This document shows, in pieces, positions 59,743 to 64,000 of a stretch of 64,000 nucleotides of DNA. Made by a program: the position numbers and the translations under genes. The stretch lies in IMG/VR virus record IMGVR_UViG_3300020147_000065, positions 124,001-188,000 of that record; one strand, written 5' to 3'. Each line of letters opens with the position of its first letter. Position 1 is the stretch's first letter. Below the pieces are notes generated by a model. It saw nothing but the letters and a program-made list of their open reading frames with translations, was not told the DNA's origin and did not search any database.

Positions 59743-60543
59743 ATGCTCTTAGAAAAAGAACAACCAAAACCAAAACCAAAGAAAAAGGTGCCGTCAAACT
59801 GTTATGAAGTTGTCATAACGGCCAACCACGGGGACGCAGACCATAGCGAAGAGAGAACAATTCGTATCCCTGACAGCCGCGAAGACCTCCTGAAGATGCT
59901 CTTGCATGACATTGATGTAACAGAGCGTTATTATTCACATGACAATTTTGAAGAATCACCGTTTATGCGGAAATGGTGTGAAGACGGCGACGACGAATCT
60001 ATCGTCAATGAATGTCGAGAAATCAGCTTTACAGATTGGCCGCGCGACATCACTGCCGACCGGCAATTCCCCTGCACATTCTATTTTGGCCCTGATGTTT
60101 ATTATTATGATGAACAGGGTGAGCGTTTACACGTTACTGTAACTTATTCTGACGAAGAAAAAGCGACAGAAGAAGAGCGGTTAAAAGGGACGTGGGAAAA
60201 AACAAAGGCCGCAGTTATCGCAGAAGAAAAGGCCGAACGTGCCAATAAATCAGAGCAGAGATGCGCGGTTTGTGGGCAAACTCAGTGGTCGTATGGTGGG
60301 CCGCGCAAAACCTGTTCGAGTTGCGGTAGTGAACTGCTTTACACTCAGCGTCTTTTTGATGCTGACGGCGAAACGATTACTGATAATGACAATCCTTATC
60401 AGTCAATCGAAGACCTCCGCACTAAAATTCTGCCGGAATTGGATAAGTTGCGCGAAAACGACAATTCTCGCTATTTTCAGCGGTGGTGGTTCATAAACCG
60501 AAAAGTTGAGAACCACGACAAAGGTTTACCGGAAGACGCTTAG
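59743..60543 (+). CDS. Hypothetical protein with zinc ribbon
   Basis: CAVCG...CSSCG; leaderless MLLEKEQ. Confidence 0.75.
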   Translation: MLLEKEQPKPKPKKKVPSNCYEVVITANHGDADHSEERTIRIPDSREDLLKMLLHDIDVTERYYSHDNFEESPFMRKWCEDGDDESIVNECREISFTDWPRDITADRQFPCTFYFGPDVYYYDEQGERLHVTVTYSDEEKATEEERLKGTWEKTKAAVIAEEKAERANKSEQRCAVCGQTQWSYGGPRKTCSSCGSELLYTQRLFDADGETITDNDNPYQSIEDLRTKILPELDKLRENDNSRYFQRWWFINRKVENHDKGLPEDA

Positions 60544-60601
60544 GCGTCTTCCTTGCCCCCCCCCTTGCGAACTTTCCCCGTGGTTGGTTAAAATCTATAA
60601 C

Positions 60602-61258
60602 ATGAATCGAGATTACCCACCGGCACCATATCGTTGCGAAATTGTTTGTTCTGATGATTTGCGCGTATCTGCTGAACTTGATAAAACTACAATCAATATC
60701 AGCTATCGTTTACATCACATCGCAACATATGAAAATGGGAGCCGTGATTTTTCTTTTATTCGCCGTGTGCCTACAATCGGTGAATTTATTGATATTATCC
60801 ACGAATACCCTTGCGAGTTACGAGATGATATTAACGACGGAAAACTCGCATCTCATGTGTTAGGTGGAATCTTTATATTTGAGAATCCACAAACTAAAGA
60901 TTCTTTTGTATCATTCGCTCCCCTCAATGCCGAGACACTATATGAGCAAACAGCTAATGCTGTTCATTATGCTTCATTTGGTAGTGTAATTGAAGGTGAA
61001 GCTAATCGCGCATGGCGAGATAAGTTTGTGCAAGTAGCTGTCCTCGATCATAACGGCAACGGTTATAGCGTGTTAAGTAATAATCCTTTAGTTCCCGATG
61101 TTTGGTTTAATTCGGTTCGCCGCCGAACATTAAATCGCGCTGAGGCCGAAGAGCGTGTTCGCCGCATCTGTGCTGATAATCGTGATGTAGTTGTGCGCTG
61201 GTGCCCAACTAATAACCTGCCACCGGACTGGTGTAATGAGCGCACGAAGATTATATAA
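60602..61258 (+). CDS. Cassette gene, hypothetical
   Basis: TTGCGA-CCCCGTGG spacer-TAAAAT then MNRDYPP. Confidence 0.75.
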   Translation: MNRDYPPAPYRCEIVCSDDLRVSAELDKTTINISYRLHHIATYENGSRDFSFIRRVPTIGEFIDIIHEYPCELRDDINDGKLASHVLGGIFIFENPQTKDSFVSFAPLNAETLYEQTANAVHYASFGSVIEGEANRAWRDKFVQVAVLDHNGNGYSVLSNNPLVPDVWFNSVRRRTLNRAEAEERVRRICADNRDVVVRWCPTNNLPPDWCNERTKII

Positions 61259-61327
61259 TCTTCGTGTTGCCCCCCCCCTTGCACCACCTAAACAACGGAG
61301 TTAAAATCTTTAGTGAAAGGAACAGAC

Positions 61328-61528
61328 ATGGCATCTGACATCACCAAAGAACAAAAACGGGCATATCGGCAAATGGGGCGCGAAGATGGACGCGCAGGGC
61401 GTTCCGCCTCAGAGTTCCACAACACACCACACGAATTGGTTCAAGCGTATAACTCCGGTCATAAATCCGGTAAACGCACACTGGAAAACGAAAAGGCACA
61501 GCGCGACTATGAATTAAGCAAGTGGTAA
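61328..61528 (+). CDS. Small hypothetical protein
   Basis: AAGGA SD; AYxxGxxDG/AYxxG motifs. Confidence 0.6.
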   Translation: MASDITKEQKRAYRQMGREDGRAGRSASEFHNTPHELVQAYNSGHKSGKRTLENEKAQRDYELSKW

Positions 61529-61749
61529 CGCCTTGACAGCACCTCTTAAACCTGTTATAATAAGAGTATGATATTCTTATGGGTAGGGGTGCTTTTCTTG
61601 GCTCCATTGTTTTGCATGGGGAATAAGACTGCCCTCGGTGTAATTTACGGTGCATTTGCCTTGTGGTTATTGTATAATGGAGTATGCTAACCACGGGGCA
61701 GGTGCCCCCCCCCCTTGATTAATGTAAAACAATTGATTAAAATAAAAGT

Positions 61750-62187
61750 ATGATTTCAGAAAAAGCGCGAGTGCTGAATTTACTTTTAGAACGTAATGAG
61801 GTATCAAAAATTGACTTTGAATTAGGTGGAGAAATCATTATAACTCTTTCCCCTAAGCTTACAAAGTTACAAGAACACAAAAAGATGCGAGAAAAGAAAT
61901 ATTCTGAATCAGAAATTGGTGCATCGGTGGACGAGCGTGTTCGAGAAGTTTTATTGAAAGATAAACCAATGACTATACCTGAGATAACAGCAGCAGTAGG
62001 CTGCTGTTATCAGAGGGCAAAAACCGCAATAGATGCGGCAACAATACACGGTGTTATTAATATCGTTGAATGTCGCACTGGTGAATTAAGAGGAAAACTC
62101 CCTCATCTTCATCAAATTACCGAAGACGGAAAGAAAAAATTAAACGAGGAAAGGTGGTGGATTTACCTCAAGAAACCTAAAAATTAG
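61750..62187 (+). CDS. Winged-HTH-like DNA-binding protein
   Basis: VREVLLKDKPMTIPEITAAVG...HQITEDGKKKL pattern. Confidence 0.55.
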   Translation: MISEKARVLNLLLERNEVSKIDFELGGEIIITLSPKLTKLQEHKKMREKKYSESEIGASVDERVREVLLKDKPMTIPEITAAVGCCYQRAKTAIDAATIHGVINIVECRTGELRGKLPHLHQITEDGKKKLNEERWWIYLKKPKN

Positions 62188-62240
62188 GTTTCTTGCCCCC
62201 CCCCTTGCACGACCATAATAAAAGAGGTAGAATAATTACT

Positions 62241-62504
62241 ATGAATCCATTCAACACACGACTGTTCAGCGCAACCCGCGAGAAAATCAACGAATTTCTC
62301 TATGCTCGGCTATCGAATCCCGAAAATCCGAATAACGGCGAAGAAACACATCGTTACCACGGAAGCACCTTAAAACAGCGCAAGCGTCGCCTGTCTCACA
62401 CAAATCCGGCATCGCATCACTATGCGAACTACACGAAGCGCAAGCGTCGCCAGAAACACGCGCGTAAGATGTTGGCAAAGCAACGCGCGGCGGCTGTTGC
62501 ATAA
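62241..62504 (+). CDS. Basic small protein
   Basis: Leaderless MNPFNT; RKRR clusters. Confidence 0.6.
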   Translation: MNPFNTRLFSATREKINEFLYARLSNPENPNNGEETHRYHGSTLKQRKRRLSHTNPASHHYANYTKRKRRQKHARKMLAKQRAAAVA

Positions 62505-62576
62505 GTTCGCTCTCCGCTCCGGCGGAGAGCTTGCCCCCCCCTTGCATCCTTATAACTTCTGAGTTATATTTTAAGT

Positions 62577-63383
62577 ATGCAATTCAGAATCCTTGACCCT
62601 CAAACGGACGGCGGCGGAGTCCTTCACATAACAGCGACCGGCACAGAAGAAATAAAGGCCGTGTTTGGTGTTTTTCATTGGCGGGACGAATCAACGGAAA
62701 CCCTTAAAGCGCGTGTCACCGCTTTAGAATCCGGCCAATATAGCCTGATTTGCAACGATAAACGGAAATGGTATCGCAATGAAGTCGAATTGTCTGCCGA
62801 TTGGGTTAGCCCATATATCGAAGAGTTGCAAAAACGAACGGGCTACAGTGGCGAACTTCCCGAACTCGATTTAATTGATTGTGTAAAGCGTATAACGCAC
62901 ACACATTTAATCGAATCTGTAAAACTCACAGACGGTAAATTGTCTGCGGTGATTTATGTAAAATCAGAAGATTACGCCGGTAAACCGGCTGTTGACCGTT
63001 CGCGCTGGTATTCGCGGGAATGTCTCGGAAACGACTTCGGGGCAACGCCTGTGCATAGTGAATATATCGAAACGAGCGCCGGAAACTACCGTAAAAATCC
63101 AGCGTGGGGACACTACCACAAACCGCGCCCCGCTTTAGCTAACGCGGCATTTTTCAACAAATTGTTTAAGTGGTGGCGGGATAACCACGCAACCGACTTA
63201 CAAAAAGACTTATTAGAACGCGGCCTAAAATATGGCCTCTATTCTAATAACTGGTTAATGACACAGGGGCACCAACAATGCGTGGATTTAGGGCACGGCG
63301 GTTTCCGAATCACACCGAACGGCAACGGGCCTGACAGCTATAAATTTATGAGTTGGGAACAGTTCCGCGCGGTGGCTACGTAG
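62577..63383 (+). CDS. Cassette gene, hypothetical (268 aa)
   Basis: Leaderless behind TTGCAT-17-TATATT. Confidence 0.75.
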   Translation: MQFRILDPQTDGGGVLHITATGTEEIKAVFGVFHWRDESTETLKARVTALESGQYSLICNDKRKWYRNEVELSADWVSPYIEELQKRTGYSGELPELDLIDCVKRITHTHLIESVKLTDGKLSAVIYVKSEDYAGKPAVDRSRWYSRECLGNDFGATPVHSEYIETSAGNYRKNPAWGHYHKPRPALANAAFFNKLFKWWRDNHATDLQKDLLERGLKYGLYSNNWLMTQGHQQCVDLGHGGFRITPNGNGPDSYKFMSWEQFRAVAT

Positions 63384-63437
63384 CCACCGCTTGCCCCCCC
63401 CTTGCAGAGATTAAACTAATTTGCGATAATATATTAC

Positions 63438-64000
63438 ATGAAATGGATTAAAGAGAAGTGGAAAGCCTTCCTCGCCCTGCTTAACGGTCAAGTTCACCGT
63501 TACCCCAATGCCGACGCTCCCGCCAACATGGAAAAGAGCGACACCTGCCCTGCCGCAACTCTTGGTTGTAATTCGCGCGACTATGTAAGCGGCAAATCTT
63601 ATCCGCCGCGTGGTAGTGTGGCCCGTTCTGCTGCCGAAAAGAAACCTCTACCACCTGAGCGCAAATTAAGTCAGACACCATACAGCGGTTATGTGGTTGA
63701 TTCCGCGCCTCTCTCAATACCTTTCGTGCCTGAACCGACCTTTCAGCCATATCTTGACCCCATTGGCACCGAAAAGCTGTTGGAGGAAATTGATAAGATA
63801 ATCTATCAGCCGACTGATTCAACTGCTGATGAAATGCGGGATAGTTATTCGCCACCCACGGTGGAAATACCGACTTATTCGGCTCCCGAACCTGTTTCGA
63901 CACCAACTTTTGAATCCAGAAGCAGCGATTTTGGAGGCGGCGAATCCGGTGGAGGCGGAGCATCTGCTACATGGGACAGTTCACCTTCGGATAGTGGATC
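63438..64000 (+). CDS. Pro/Ser-rich protein with FGGGESGGGGASATW motif, partial
   Basis: Leaderless MKWIKEKWKAF; open to the right edge. Confidence 0.65.
   Translation, partial: MKWIKEKWKAFLALLNGQVHRYPNADAPANMEKSDTCPAATLGCNSRDYVSGKSYPPRGSVARSAAEKKPLPPERKLSQTPYSGYVVDSAPLSIPFVPEPTFQPYLDPIGTEKLLEEIDKIIYQPTDSTADEMRDSYSPPTVEIPTYSAPEPVSTPTFESRSSDFGGGESGGGGASATWDSSPSDSG

Larger units (their letters stand above)
31924..63405 (+). repeat. Dispersed cassette-delimiting repeat (TT)G-C(7-10)-(TTG), about 70 copies
   Basis: Seen at e.g. 35834, 36727, 37816, 38482, 39223, 40475, 42062, 43094, 44271, 45149, 46288, 47553, 48129, 49121, 50442, 52327, 54698, 56193, 57673, 59077, 60555, 62195, 63393; not seen in 1-29.4 kb. 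Confidence 0.97.

Noticed and set aside
46891-62240. ORF-track proteins beginning MPPPL or ending in GGG runs
   Set aside because: Artefacts of the TTG-CCC-CCC repeat; real starts are the leaderless ATGs about 36-48 nt downstream.
31924-63405. Array read as a CRISPR locus
   Set aside because: The repeat is a short homopolymer, intervening units are hundreds of bp of variable length containing genes, and no cas gene is in the window.
31924-63405. Array read as a classical integron
   Set aside because: No IntI-like tyrosine recombinase in the window, no RYYYAAC/GTTRRRY attC boxes, and cassettes carry their own promoters; only the architecture is analogous.
63481-63963. 160-aa minus-strand ORF
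   Set aside because: Antisense to the promoter-linked + strand ORF starting at 63438 that runs off the window.

Overview
This window is part of a large tailed dsDNA phage genome and has two halves. (1) Positions 1-26.9 kb carry a minus-strand morphogenesis operon, read right to left: holin-like gene, ParB-like gene, HGGxSTG small terminase, intein-containing large terminase, portal, scaffold, decoration protein, major capsid, head-tail proteins, two paralogous tail tube-like genes, two paralogous chaperone-like genes, a free-standing LAGLIDADG endonuclease, a ~2,550-aa tape measure gene and tail proteins. The tape measure gene is interrupted near its 5' end by a 262-nt group I intron and carries an internal JAMM/JAB-like motif. 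(2) Positions ~29.5-64 kb form a very regular array of about 70 (hand count) small expression cassettes. Each cassette typically reads: G-C(7-10) run, TTGnnn, ~17 nt, TAnnnT, ~6 nt, leaderless ATG, gene, then a GC-rich hairpin of unique sequence directly abutting the next G-C(n) run. The C-run keeps its strand even when the payload between two runs is inverted, and it flips polarity at ~31.5-31.9 kb, so it behaves as an oriented genomic delimiter rather than as part of the promoter. Payloads include eight tandem paralogs, several other paralog families, three probable structured non-coding RNAs, a mini type IV prepilin, an antitoxin N-terminus-like peptide, KTSC, HNH and metallophosphoesterase genes. 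A second motif, CCCCGTGGTT, sits in the spacer of a subset of promoters. All calls are from manual reading only; no database searches were run.
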